DNA of 64,000 nucleotides from Candidatus Obscuribacterales bacterium (GTDB lineage: Bacteria > Cyanobacteriota > Vampirovibrionia > Obscuribacterales > Obscuribacteraceae). Positions 32,058 to 42,023 of this stretch are shown one piece after another; position 1 is the first letter of the stretch; each line of letters starts with the position of its first letter. Both the position numbers and the translations under genes were made by a program. Location of the stretch: the NCBI GenBank assembly GCA_965228855.1, contig CBDDIJ010000003.1:352001-416000 (forward strand), given 5' to 3'. The notes under the pieces were generated by a model that saw nothing but the letters and a program-made list of their open reading frames with translations, was not told the DNA's origin and made no database searches.

Positions 32058-33048
32058 GATCAAGCTACTTACCATGGTCTGTACTTTGGCGTTTGCGGTG
32101 CAAGTTTCCAGTGGTGCACTCGCTGATGGTTCGTTTTCTTATGCTGGTCTTGAGTACTATGGCTCGTCTCAAATGACGCGTGCTGAAGTTGAAAAGCTTG
32201 TGCATTTGCGACCCGGTGCTTCAGAAAAGAGTGTTGAAGCGGCTGTCGATAACCTGCGCAAAAAGTTCGAGAAGTTGCGATTGAGCGCCAATGTTCAAAT
32301 CGCAAGCGTCGCTCCGGACAAGTTGTTCGTCGTTGTAGATTTTGAGAATGCTCCTGGAACAGGCGTACCGACTCGCATTCTTAAAAATCCACACCATGTA
32401 CTTACGAAAAGCGACAAGCCGGATCTCCTTCTTCAGAAGTTACGTGCTCGCATTGAGCGTCTGAACTCCGAAGGACGGGAGTGGAGCGACTCTTACCCGG
32501 GTGGAGTGAGAGTGTTTTCTGACGAACCAGCCAATCAGATAGCCACCGATATAAGACGGTTTGGTCCGGCAATGCGTGATGAATGGTTGGAAGTTGTCGC
32601 CTCCGATCCGGACAAACGATTGCGCTGTGATGCAATCGAATTGCTGAACTGGGCGCCTGATCCAGTTGATACCTGCGCCCAGCTGATTCCGGCGCTCGAC
32701 GACAGTCACTACGAAGTAAGGACCGCTGCTGAAGAATTCATCTATCCCCGACTTGATCTATTTCCCTCGAACTTTCCGTTCAGCAAACTAGCTATGTCTC
32801 TTGTGCGACAGCTCAAGCGCCCTTCACACTCCGACCGCATCAAATCGATGGCATTTATTCGCGCACTGATTGCCCGGTATCCGCAAATGTCCGTACCGTT
32901 TCGTCGTACTTCGGAGCAAGACCTGGAGCGGCTTTCCACAGAGAGTCATATTCCGACGGTTCGTAAAGCGGCCGATGATTTGCTAGTGATACTACGGGCG
33001 CCACTACCTCAGGGAGCACCGGTTGAAATTCCTCAGGCCGGGTTCTGA
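32050..33048 (+). CDS. Secreted protein with POTRA-like N-terminus and HEAT-like repeats
   Basis: Signal peptide, GLEYYGSSQMTRAEV segment, LIPALDDSHYEVRTAA HEAT-like motif. Overlaps the upstream stop. Confidence 0.6.
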   Translation: MSRIKLLTMVCTLAFAVQVSSGALADGSFSYAGLEYYGSSQMTRAEVEKLVHLRPGASEKSVEAAVDNLRKKFEKLRLSANVQIASVAPDKLFVVVDFENAPGTGVPTRILKNPHHVLTKSDKPDLLLQKLRARIERLNSEGREWSDSYPGGVRVFSDEPANQIATDIRRFGPAMRDEWLEVVASDPDKRLRCDAIELLNWAPDPVDTCAQLIPALDDSHYEVRTAAEEFIYPRLDLFPSNFPFSKLAMSLVRQLKRPSHSDRIKSMAFIRALIARYPQMSVPFRRTSEQDLERLSTESHIPTVRKAADDLLVILRAPLPQGAPVEIPQAGF

Positions 33049-33257
33049 TATTTTTGCGGTGTCGAAAAAGTTCCAGCTTAGTTCTTCGAAAGGGATTGTC
33101 TTGAAAAATCTCTCCCTGCAAGCCTTTTGAAGGGCGAGCCTCTGCTGGCAAAATGCGTTATGCTTAGTTTAGAACCGTTTTCAACGGGTATTCTGTTAGT
33201 AGCTGGTGGGAGTTTAAAGCTAGCCCCGTTATATTATTAATCATTATTATTTAGAGG

Positions 33258-33280
33258 GCGCCTCCCACCGGCGCTTTTTT
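33258..33280 (+). terminator. Intrinsic terminator hairpin with C-rich loop
   Basis: gcgcc-tcccacc-ggcgc-tttttt. Confidence 0.7.
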
Positions 33281-33321
33281 ATTGGTTCAAACTCTTTTGC
33301 TGCCCGTCTTTCCAGCCATTC

Positions 33322-33630
33322 CTACGTAATGCGTCCGCGCTCGTCGTAGATCAGTCGTTCGACTGGCCGATCATTTAATAAGTGCTCGTTGATGATTTCT
33401 TTGACGTCCTCTGGTTGAACGTGCGCATACCAGACGGTGTCGGGGTATACGACAACCAGCGGACCGTTGCCGCACTGATCGAAGCAACCAGCTTTATTTA
33501 TTCGAATATCCTTTTTCAAACCAAGCTCATTGATCTGTTTGCGAAATTCGCCGCATACGGCTTCCGCTCCTTCGGCAGGACATGTTTTCCCGCTGACACA
33601 GACGAATACATGCTTCTTGAAGACTGTCAT
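33322..33630 (-). CDS. Thioredoxin-like (2Fe-2S) ferredoxin
   Basis: HVFVC....C...GCFDQCGNGP.VVVYPD.VWY...V.EII.EHL. Confidence 0.92.
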   Translation of the reverse strand: MTVFKKHVFVCVSGKTCPAEGAEAVCGEFRKQINELGLKKDIRINKAGCFDQCGNGPLVVVYPDTVWYAHVQPEDVKEIINEHLLNDRPVERLIYDERGRIT

Positions 33631-33737
33631 CAGTTGATTCCTTTCATCCCTTTGTAACGAATCGCTTCATGCGCACGGGCGCTCTTTCTTGACGCTCGGG
33701 TCATAAGTTGCGAGAATGCGCCCTTACGCATTTGCGT

Positions 33738-33900
33738 CTGACCGCAGACAGTCAGGTATCTCGACGGCTTTTTAGTGAGCGAGATCTAAGGATTCCAAAC
33801 GGAATCGCCGACCTAGGTCACACAACAGACATTATATTGTCCGAGAGCCACGGCTCTCTGTGTGATCCCTGCGGTTGAGCTGCTGGGATTTTTTATTTTA
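33738..33900 (+). promoter_or_regulatory. Ribosomal protein L10 leader (rplJ autoregulatory RNA) with terminator-like hairpin
   Basis: ccgcagacagtcaggt...taa...cctaggt resembles the L10-leader core and lies directly upstream of rplJ; atccctgcgg...ctgctgggat is followed by a T-run. Confidence 0.7.
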
Positions 33901-33965
33901 GCGGTTTAGTCGTCAAATGTCTGGTCGAGGGCGGTTCGCACCGCCAAACTTAGAGGAGACGTCAC

Positions 33966-34496
33966 ATGGCCACAAAGGAACGAAAGCAGGAAATCGTAGG
34001 TGAACTGCAGGAGTTCTTCAACAACGGCAAAGTAGTGATCGTCGCTGACCTCACTGGACTGACCGTCGCGGAATACACAGGTTTCCGTCGCGATCTCCGT
34101 GCTCAAAACGCCAAGCTGCGTGTGGCTAAAAACACACTGGTGAAGCGCGCTATCGGAGACACCGAGTTCGCTGCTATGGAAACTTTGGCTAAAGGTCCCT
34201 CGGGATTCATCGTTGGATACGACGATCCGGCTCAACCGGCAAAAGTCGTTTCTGACTACCTGAAGAAGATCAAAAAAGGCTCCGTGCGTGGTGCTGTCCT
34301 GGAAGGAAAGGCGCTTAACGCTGAGGACGTAAAAGCTCTGGCAACTATGCCATCCAAGGAGCAATTGCTGTCCTCCATCATGGGCTCTCTCGATTCTGGA
34401 GCTGGAGGTATCGCTGGTATCTTGAGCGCAGTCATCAGAGACATCGCCTATCTTGTTGAAGAAATACACAAACCCAAAGATGGAAGTGCTGCCTAG
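33966..34496 (+). CDS. rplJ: 50S ribosomal protein L10
   Basis: GLTVAE..R..LR, VAKNTL, KGPS, LATMPSKEQL motifs; GAGGAG RBS. Confidence 0.97.
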   Translation: MATKERKQEIVGELQEFFNNGKVVIVADLTGLTVAEYTGFRRDLRAQNAKLRVAKNTLVKRAIGDTEFAAMETLAKGPSGFIVGYDDPAQPAKVVSDYLKKIKKGSVRGAVLEGKALNAEDVKALATMPSKEQLLSSIMGSLDSGAGGIAGILSAVIRDIAYLVEEIHKPKDGSAA

Positions 34497-34545
34497 TAGC
34501 GCTTCAACCAGGTAAATATAAGTTCGTAAACCGAGGAGTTAGGAA

Positions 34546-34935
34546 ATGACAACTAAATTGAGCACCGACGACTTGTTGGAGCAAATCGGCAATCTGACGC
34601 TTCTTGAAGCAGCAGATCTCAAAAAGAAAATGGAAGAGAAATTCGGCGTAACCGCTGCTGCTCCTATGGCAATGGCTGGTTTCGCACCTGCTGCAGGTGG
34701 TGGCGGTGAAGCTGCTGAAGAGAAGACCGAATTCGACGCTATCCTCACAACCGCTGGCGACAAGAAGATCAACGTTCTCAAAGTCGTTCGTGAGTTGACA
34801 GGTCTCGGCTTGAAAGAAGCTAAAGAGCTCGTAGACGCAGCTCCGAAGCCGATCAAAGAGAAAGTCAAAAAAGAAGAAGCAGAAGACATCAAAAAGAAAG
34901 TCGAAGAAGCTGGCGGCAAAGTCGAGATCAAGTAG
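34546..34935 (+). CDS. rplL: 50S ribosomal protein L7/L12
   Basis: [41 protein letters not shown]. Confidence 0.98.
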   Translation: MTTKLSTDDLLEQIGNLTLLEAADLKKKMEEKFGVTAAAPMAMAGFAPAAGGGGEAAEEKTEFDAILTTAGDKKINVLKVVRELTGLGLKEAKELVDAAPKPIKEKVKKEEAEDIKKKVEEAGGKVEIK

Positions 34936-35001
34936 TTTTTGCGCTAACCTGGAAGTTGATCGTATAACAAGGTATAAACCTGACAAAACGGGAGACAAGT
35001 T

Positions 35002-36648
35002 ATGCGCTGTCCAGGTTGTGATCTCTACCATCCATCGCAATACGATTCATGTATCAATTGCGGGATGAGCCTGAACGGCACGACTGATGTAGCAGTCGAA
35101 GAGGCGGATGTAGTCGATCGTCATTCCGACGGCGGCGACACCGCCTCTTCTTATGCCCATTCGGCACCTGAATCCAATGGCGACTCCGGTCCTGAGCACC
35201 ACAAAAGACGATCATCTCACTTGAAACATAAGAGCAAAGCCGGCATTCCAACAGCTGCTGGAATCGTGACGGCCATTTTTATCCTTCTAATATTTGCGGG
35301 CGCGACCTTTTTCTTTCTCACGCGCACCCCGGACGACCAGCGCCTTCTAACCAAAGGTAGAGAAGAACTTGGTCGCAACCAATACGCTTTTGCTGTGGAA
35401 ACACTCAACAAGGCCGCCACCAAGAGTCCCAACGATCCTCGCGTCTACTTGCTTCTGGCAAGGGCCTATGTCGGAATTTCCGATGTCGACAAAGCGTGGC
35501 AAGCGATCAGTCATGCGCAACAACTAGGCAAAGGTGTGGTTGCGGAGCCTGACCTGGCTTCGGACCTGGCTAACTATTACATGAAGAGACAGCAGTACGA
35601 CAAAGCGATAGACCTGCTGAGACCTCTTGCAAAAGAAAACATCGGCGATAAAAAATCTGAACTCGCCGATCTTGATGCCGCATATGGTGACACGCTGCTC
35701 GGTAAGGGCGACCTCGAAGGCGCTCTCAGATGCTGGGAAGAAGTGAAAACTTTGCAAACCGGAAGTCGCCTCGGAGAAGCCGAAGCTAGACTAACCACCA
35801 TTTACGAAAAACTCGCCTTTAAACTTTCAGGCGAGAAGAAAGACGAAGCCGCGATTGGCTATTTAAGTAAGCTGACGAGCATTGCCAAAAATCCGAAGCA
35901 CTATTTGACTATGGCCGACATCTACGAGCGTAACAAAAAGCTCGACCTGGCTATCGAGCAATTGCGAAAAGCGAATGAACTCAGTCCTTCCGCCGATTTA
36001 CAGAAACGCCTTTCGAGCTTGCTGGCCAAACGCGGTAAGGAATTGATGGACGAGGGTAACAGCGATACCGGTTATGCATACATGCAGCAAGCGCGCAGTA
36101 TGGATTCCTCCAACTCGGTACCCGATGTCACCTTGCGCGGTGTCAGTGTCGGCATGGACTCAGGGCGGATGCCGAAAATCTCCGGCGAGGTCTGGAATCC
36201 CAGCGACAGCGATATTGGAAAGCTAACCATGCGTGCTGAACTTTATGACACGAAGAACGACCGCAGCCTTTGGCAGAAAGAGACACGCATTGTCGATGAA
36301 TACGACAGGCGCTTAGGGTCTCGTGACTCTAGAAACTTCAGCTTCACCTCCGGAGCAGCTGGTCGATACGATGGAACGATGGAGTTCCGCATGTATATCG
36401 ACGGAAGTTTGTACAAATCGTACACGCTGGAGAAACGCGGCGGCGGTGACGATACCGAAACCGCATCAACACCTCCGCCGGCGAAAGAACCTGTCAGGAC
36501 GAAGGAGTCTCCTGTAGCACCGCCTATAGTGTCAGGGGATTCTGCCCCTACTCCCGGAGCGGCACCATCCACGCCCACCACTGATCCGGCAACTACTCCA
36601 GGTGGAGTGTCGCCCGAAGAGAAGACTCTCCAGAATCTTGGCTTTTAA
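35002..36648 (+). CDS. Zinc-ribbon + TM + TPR repeat protein
   Basis: CPGC...CINC at the N-terminus, one TM helix, multiple TPRs, Pro/Thr-rich tail. Confidence 0.8.
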   Translation: MRCPGCDLYHPSQYDSCINCGMSLNGTTDVAVEEADVVDRHSDGGDTASSYAHSAPESNGDSGPEHHKRRSSHLKHKSKAGIPTAAGIVTAIFILLIFAGATFFFLTRTPDDQRLLTKGREELGRNQYAFAVETLNKAATKSPNDPRVYLLLARAYVGISDVDKAWQAISHAQQLGKGVVAEPDLASDLANYYMKRQQYDKAIDLLRPLAKENIGDKKSELADLDAAYGDTLLGKGDLEGALRCWEEVKTLQTGSRLGEAEARLTTIYEKLAFKLSGEKKDEAAIGYLSKLTSIAKNPKHYLTMADIYERNKKLDLAIEQLRKANELSPSADLQKRLSSLLAKRGKELMDEGNSDTGYAYMQQARSMDSSNSVPDVTLRGVSVGMDSGRMPKISGEVWNPSDSDIGKLTMRAELYDTKNDRSLWQKETRIVDEYDRRLGSRDSRNFSFTSGAAGRYDGTMEFRMYIDGSLYKSYTLEKRGGGDDTETASTPPPAKEPVRTKESPVAPPIVSGDSAPTPGAAPSTPTTDPATTPGGVSPEEKTLQNLGF

Positions 36649-36689
36649 TGACCTGGCGCGCTGAGATGTAAACCAGCCGCTAGAGACCG

Positions 36690-38696
36690 TCAGAAACCTT
36701 TTTCGAGTTCAGGAAACAGGTGCATGGCTTCTCTGATGACCGCTTTGCGGTCCTCTAAAGTGAACTGCCTTAGCGTATTGTCTTTATAAGTCTCCGCGTT
36801 CAGATAACCTTCGGGCGACAGTATACCCTCATGATCGTCGAGCAGAACGACATAGCCCTGAGTGTGCCTAAACTGGCTCTGAAGCGTGTGTTTTGCCTCC
36901 GAGTCGTCGTTAATGCGAGGGCAGCCTCGCAAATCCATGTACCAGAGTTCCGGAAGCTTCAGTACTTTGCTGTCCAGCGATTTGATTGAAAAAGCATTAC
37001 TCGAGAGGTCTAACATCGAGATGTTTCTCGAAAAGTCTGGCATGTTGTTATCTGTAATTCCTAGTTCACCTAGTCCTAGAAAGATTAGGCGAGGCAAAAC
37101 GCTCAGTCTTTTTATTTGATCTGGACTTATTCTAGTTCCGTCAATTCGAAGCGCATAGAGATCTTTGAGTTTCAGTAGTTCGTCGATTGAATCGATAGTG
37201 ATGTTCGGTGAATTGGCCACATACAGCACGTTCAACTTTTGCAGAGCCGGGCAGAGAATCTTCAGATCTTCGTCGCTCACAGTCGTGCGGCGTAATGATA
37301 GAACGCGAAGGTTCTTCAGTCGGCGAAGTTCTTGATAGCCAGTCGAATCGATGTTAGGGCAATCTTCGATAATGATTGATTGCAGCTTCGGCATGGTGTT
37401 GCATATGGTGCGCAATCCCGAATTGGTGATTCTTGTTTCTCGAATATCCAGAAGCTTCAGTGGCAATTTTGCAATCATCGGAAGCTGACTATCAGTGATT
37501 TCGGTTTTAGCCAGAGTTAAACGGTCGACGCCTAGCTCCCCGAGAGCTTTTAATTGATCATCGGAAACAGTATCCGTTCTTAAAAAATACCATATAAATT
37601 TTCCAACTGGTCTTGTGCCGATCTGATGAATTCGTAGAAAAGTGTCTGAATTAGTGTCAGCGGCCGGCTCGTCGGAGTTCGAAAAGATATTCGCTATCTG
37701 AATCGACGTTACGGTGACTGCAGCTAGCACCGCAAGCAGTATCATCGGCACAAGTAGTTTGGAGCGCTTGCTTTCTCCGGAAAAGCCGGATAGCGGAGTT
37801 TCCGGTTCGGCTGATTCAAACAGGGAATCGTTGTTCGCCGGTCTGATTGCGTTCAAGGCGTTGCTGAATTCGCTCATCGTTTGAAACCGCTCACCTGGAT
37901 CTTTTTTCAATGCTTTCGCGATTATCTGTTCCAGTTCCTGGGAGTATTCACGAGAGTCATTTCCCTCCTCCAATCTAGGCGCTTCTTCATGGATCTGAGC
38001 CCGTAGCGTTTCCATCATGGTGGCGCCGCGGAATGGATTTCTTCCAGTGAGAATTTTGTACATCAAACATCCGAGTGAATAGATATCACTGCGAACGTCT
38101 ACAGTCTCTCCGTTCGCCTGCTCCGGCGAGATGAAGCTGGGGGTGCCGACAATAACTCCCGCATTTGTGAGGCTGGTGTCTTCATCGCTCAATTTAGCAA
38201 TGCCGAAATCTATGATCTTGATCTCGATCGGTTCCGTTTTTTGAACGATTACATTCGCCGGCTTTAAATCTCGATGCAGTATATTGTGCTGGTGAGCATA
38301 GTCGAGTGCGCTGCAAATCTGCTGGCAGACAGCTATCGCTTGCTCGAGTTCAAGCGGTCCGTTCTGTCTTACAAGGTCGTCGAGCGAAACGCCGTCAACG
38401 AATTCCATAGCGAGAACGGGAATATTATCGTCTCCGACGATAAAATCGAATGCGTCTATGATATTCGGATGTTGCAACTGACAGATAGCTCGCGCTTCGC
38501 GTTGCAGCCGGACCAGCTGTTCTTGGGTCCTCGTTCCGGCGCGCAGAAGTTTAACTGCAACGAATCGTTTGAGAACAAGGTCTCTTGCTTTATAGACCGT
38601 GCTTGTCCCGCCCGAACCCAAGAGGTTTTGAAGTTCGTAGCGATTCGCTACTAGCTTTGGGGCACCCGCACTGAAGTTATGTTCTTCATTGTTCAT
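36690..38696 (-). CDS. Hanks-type Ser/Thr kinase with TM and C-terminal leucine-rich repeats
   Basis: LGSGG, VAVK, HRDLKPAN, DFG, GTPSFISPEQ, DIYSLG; TM helix; LRR units (LKLLDIRETRITNSGL). Confidence 0.93.
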   Translation of the reverse strand: MNNEEHNFSAGAPKLVANRYELQNLLGSGGTSTVYKARDLVLKRFVAVKLLRAGTRTQEQLVRLQREARAICQLQHPNIIDAFDFIVGDDNIPVLAMEFVDGVSLDDLVRQNGPLELEQAIAVCQQICSALDYAHQHNILHRDLKPANVIVQKTEPIEIKIIDFGIAKLSDEDTSLTNAGVIVGTPSFISPEQANGETVDVRSDIYSLGCLMYKILTGRNPFRGATMMETLRAQIHEEAPRLEEGNDSREYSQELEQIIAKALKKDPGERFQTMSEFSNALNAIRPANNDSLFESAEPETPLSGFSGESKRSKLLVPMILLAVLAAVTVTSIQIANIFSNSDEPAADTNSDTFLRIHQIGTRPVGKFIWYFLRTDTVSDDQLKALGELGVDRLTLAKTEITDSQLPMIAKLPLKLLDIRETRITNSGLRTICNTMPKLQSIIIEDCPNIDSTGYQELRRLKNLRVLSLRRTTVSDEDLKILCPALQKLNVLYVANSPNITIDSIDELLKLKDLYALRIDGTRISPDQIKRLSVLPRLIFLGLGELGITDNNMPDFSRNISMLDLSSNAFSIKSLDSKVLKLPELWYMDLRGCPRINDDSEAKHTLQSQFRHTQGYVVLLDDHEGILSPEGYLNAETYKDNTLRQFTLEDRKAVIREAMHLFPELEKGF

Positions 38697-38726
38697 GGTA
38701 CAGAAGGGTTGTGCATAGAAATAGTC

Positions 38727-40649
38727 TCAGCCTTGGCCGGCCAATTTTTCTTTGTATTTGCGAACCTTTTTTAAGTCTTTTTGTCTTTCAAATAGTTCGA
38801 GGAGAAGCGTCCACAGTTCCACACGTTGGAACGTTAGCCACGTCCCTGGAGCGCTTTCTAATTGTTTTTCTGCTTTCAGAAGGTGCTTCAACGCATTCTT
38901 GTCGTCTCCTGAGCGAAGGTAAAATCTGCCGATTGGAAGGTGTGCCTCGGTTAAATATTGGAACATCTCCCGATTCTTGAAGTACTTAATTGCTGCTTCT
39001 AAGTCGTCTAGACTTTCGGCTTCAATTTTATTTTCAAGGAAGTTGATTTCAGCTCTTTTGGCTTTCGCTTTGTGAAGCATAAGAGCGCTATTTTTTGAAA
39101 TCGGTTCTTGAAGCGCCAATACGTAGGCTGCATCAATCAATCTTCTCGCAGTCGTCAAATTTTCCTTGAATAAAAAAAACACTGACGCATCAATGTAGCA
39201 CTGTGCCCTAAGTCCAGCTGAGACCGGCACATTAGCGTTTCCAACAATGAGCAGGACCTCTTCGAAGGAACGCTCGGCTTCATCCCAGTTCTTCATTTCT
39301 ATTAGCGTTCGGCCGTAAGCGCAGAGGGCGATCGCTCGCCAGGGCGCCAAACGATCCTCATCGCCCGGTATTAGCGACAAATGCAATTCTACTGCTTCAG
39401 TGAATCTTCCGAGGAGGGTTAAATTTTTTGCTCGCTCTGAAATGATATCGAAAAACAATATATGGAAGCTTTCCGGAACGCTTTCCATAATCGGATAGAT
39501 TGCGTCTAGCATCTGAAGCGCTAGTTCGTAGAATCCAAAATCAGAAGCATATTGGGAGTAAAACAGTAGCAAGCGTGGAATCTCTAATTGCCGTCCGCAT
39601 TTTTCAGCTACTGCTATCAATGCCACAGAAACTGCAGGAATTTGACTTACTCGTCTTGCGCATAGTGAAGAATGTAGTATCGCAATTAAACAAGAGAAGA
39701 CTGCATTAAGGTCGCCCCGCGCTTCTAGAATTATACGAGCTCGATCATGAAAACCAATGGATTCTTCATGCCTCCCTAAACTCATGAGGGACATTGCGAT
39801 TGAGCGAATCAAATTCGCACTTTGTTCTGTTTCGGACCCGAAAGCCTGTTCGCAGAAAGGTATGAGTCCAAGGTACATGTTCAAAGCTTGTTGTGGCTTT
39901 CCAAGTCCTAAAAACGCATCGGCCCTTCTAAAGGCGAGCCAAAACATCTGCTCTTGCACCAGCGATTCGTCCGGGCATCTGTGCAGTTCTGATTGCGCTT
40001 GCTTGAGGGTTTTTAGTGATTGAGAAAATTCCTTTGCCTGATGGCTTCGAGCGGCGGTCTGAATGTAGGCATCGTAAAGCATTCGAGAAAACGGTTGGCC
40101 ACTAGTCTTGGCGATTTTTGCGCCAGATTTTATAACAGAGGCTTGGTCTTCCGTGCTGTGAGATTCCACCGACAGACTTTCGCTATCTGAAAATTCCGCT
40201 TTAATTGCTTGGTAGGCGTCATCAATAGAACGCATCGACGCATTGCTGGTTGAGAAGGTTCGACGTGCTGCAGTTTTAAACGAACTCACGGAGAAATCCG
40301 CTCGATATTTAGTTGTCAGTCTATCTACGATCACGGCTCGTCTCTGCGCGGCCTGCAAGAGAATCATGAATTCTGATGCTGCGTTAGCCGGAAGGTGATC
40401 TCGCTTTAGTTTATTGCATCGTTCGCACGAAGCAACTGTGTTCTGCGATGACCGAACATCAAAATTTGGTGGCAGACCGTAACGAGAAATTGTCTCCGTT
40501 AAACGTTCCGGCTCAATTTTCTCTGGTATTAGATGGTCGATTTTCAAGGCGTCGAGGTCGCCGATAATCTTATCGCAATGGAAGCACTGCTTGTCGTAAG
40601 CCTCCCAAATTGCATGTCTTTCGTACTTTGAAAATGATTGTTCGGACAC
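38727..40649 (-). CDS. HNH endonuclease domain fused to TPR repeats
   Basis: N-terminal CFHC...IDHLIP...N...CERCNKLK Zn-binding HNH motif; about 450 aa of TPR-like helices follow. Confidence 0.8.
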   Translation of the reverse strand: MSEQSFSKYERHAIWEAYDKQCFHCDKIIGDLDALKIDHLIPEKIEPERLTETISRYGLPPNFDVRSSQNTVASCERCNKLKRDHLPANAASEFMILLQAAQRRAVIVDRLTTKYRADFSVSSFKTAARRTFSTSNASMRSIDDAYQAIKAEFSDSESLSVESHSTEDQASVIKSGAKIAKTSGQPFSRMLYDAYIQTAARSHQAKEFSQSLKTLKQAQSELHRCPDESLVQEQMFWLAFRRADAFLGLGKPQQALNMYLGLIPFCEQAFGSETEQSANLIRSIAMSLMSLGRHEESIGFHDRARIILEARGDLNAVFSCLIAILHSSLCARRVSQIPAVSVALIAVAEKCGRQLEIPRLLLFYSQYASDFGFYELALQMLDAIYPIMESVPESFHILFFDIISERAKNLTLLGRFTEAVELHLSLIPGDEDRLAPWRAIALCAYGRTLIEMKNWDEAERSFEEVLLIVGNANVPVSAGLRAQCYIDASVFFLFKENLTTARRLIDAAYVLALQEPISKNSALMLHKAKAKRAEINFLENKIEAESLDDLEAAIKYFKNREMFQYLTEAHLPIGRFYLRSGDDKNALKHLLKAEKQLESAPGTWLTFQRVELWTLLLELFERQKDLKKVRKYKEKLAGQG

Positions 40650-40706
40650 GAGCTTGTATGAAGACCTACGGTTGTACCATATGCGGTATTAGGCTGCTAT
40701 TCACTT

Positions 40707-41381
40707 CTATCCGTTGTAGACCCGGTCTCCGCCATCCTGGCTTGCTACATCAAGAAACTCGAGCGCTTTAAACATGAGGTCGTTTTCGTCTCGAGCGTGG
40801 GTCGGGAACGAGACTACGCCTACACTCGCGGTGACGCGGAGGTGTTTCAATTCTTCGTTAATCGGTTGGGTTTTCAATCTTTCGCGTATGCGCTCACCGA
40901 CCACAACCGCGCGCGACGAGTACGTTTCCGGGAAGATTATCGCTAAGCGGTTCTCCTTGCAACGACCAGGAACATCAACGTCTCGAATGGCTTTCTGAAT
41001 GATGCCCGTCGCTGATTTCAGCATGTCCTCTACGATCATCGAGCCGTACTGGCGTCCATACTTTTCCAGTCCGTCGATTTCCATGATTAACAGAGATACC
41101 GGGCGTTTATACCGTTTTGCGCGCTTGAGTTCATACTCGAGCTTGCGCATGAATGCTTTGTGGTTGTAAATGCCTGTGGCTTTGTCGAGCAGAGTAACCT
41201 TTTCATAGTGGTCGAGCTTATCTTCGCTAACAAACTGACGCGAACGGTCTAGACTACGCTGCTGGACTTCTTCTTTAAACTTCTGCCGATCTTCTTTTGT
41301 CTTCTTCATTAGCTGCGTGAACTTGGTCTCTCTGGCGTAAGACCAGCCTTCGCGCGCGTCGTTTTCGTTTCTATCCATCAT
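40707..41381 (-). CDS. Degenerate GGDEF domain protein
   Basis: D.ATGIYNHK, ELKRAKRY.RPVSLL, VTASVGV..FP, GGDRV. The GGDEF position reads KENRL, with RxxD retained. Confidence 0.85.
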   Translation of the reverse strand: MMDRNENDAREGWSYARETKFTQLMKKTKEDRQKFKEEVQQRSLDRSRQFVSEDKLDHYEKVTLLDKATGIYNHKAFMRKLEYELKRAKRYKRPVSLLIMEIDGLEKYGRQYGSMIVEDMLKSATGIIQKAIRDVDVPGRCKENRLAIIFPETYSSRAVVVGERIRERLKTQPINEELKHLRVTASVGVVSFPTHARDENDLMFKALEFLDVASQDGGDRVYNG

Positions 41382-41672
41382 CGTATCCTTCGATTTCTAG
41401 CAGCTAACGCCTAGTAAACTTGTGTGGGTCCAGGTCACACAGCCCTGCCGAAAGTCTTAAGAGGGCAGGCCTCTCTTATATAGGAGATATACCCCGGAAA
41501 TTCGGGATAATTTCGTCCGGGGAGAAATTCATTAAAACGAAAGCCTGTCTGGGCTTTCCAGCTTATCCTTCGTTTTCAAACCGCCTCAAGTTTAGCAAGA
41601 AGCGCCGCTCTGTGGCGCTTCTCTGCCGATAAAATTGGACAATGGCGAAAAAGCCTGTAAAGATAGAATATT

Positions 41673-42023
41673 ATGCGCCCTCCAAACTCAGACGAGCATC
41701 TTGCATACTACCGGAGCCAGCATCGTACGATGGGGTGCAAAGTGACGCACCTGTTCGGTGTCCCGATGATAGCGCTATCGCTCGTCATGTTGCTTTTCGA
41801 TCGCAAGAAAGCGGTCATGTTGTTCTCGCTTGGCTGGCTCCTGCAGTTTCTCGGTCATTATCTGTTTGAGCATAATAAACCGATACTGCTCACACGCGGC
41901 CGCAGCCCGTATACACTACTCTCTGCGCTCGTTTTTGTCGGCGAAGAATGGGTGGATACGGTTAAGTCAATTCGCTCGGATATTGCAGAAAGCAATAACG
42001 GCCACGGATTACATCATTTGTAG
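41673..42023 (+). CDS. DUF962 / Mpo1-like membrane protein
   Basis: YRSQH....THLFGVP...GWLLQFLGHYLFEHNKP. Confidence 0.88.
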   Translation: MRPPNSDEHLAYYRSQHRTMGCKVTHLFGVPMIALSLVMLLFDRKKAVMLFSLGWLLQFLGHYLFEHNKPILLTRGRSPYTLLSALVFVGEEWVDTVKSIRSDIAESNNGHGLHHL

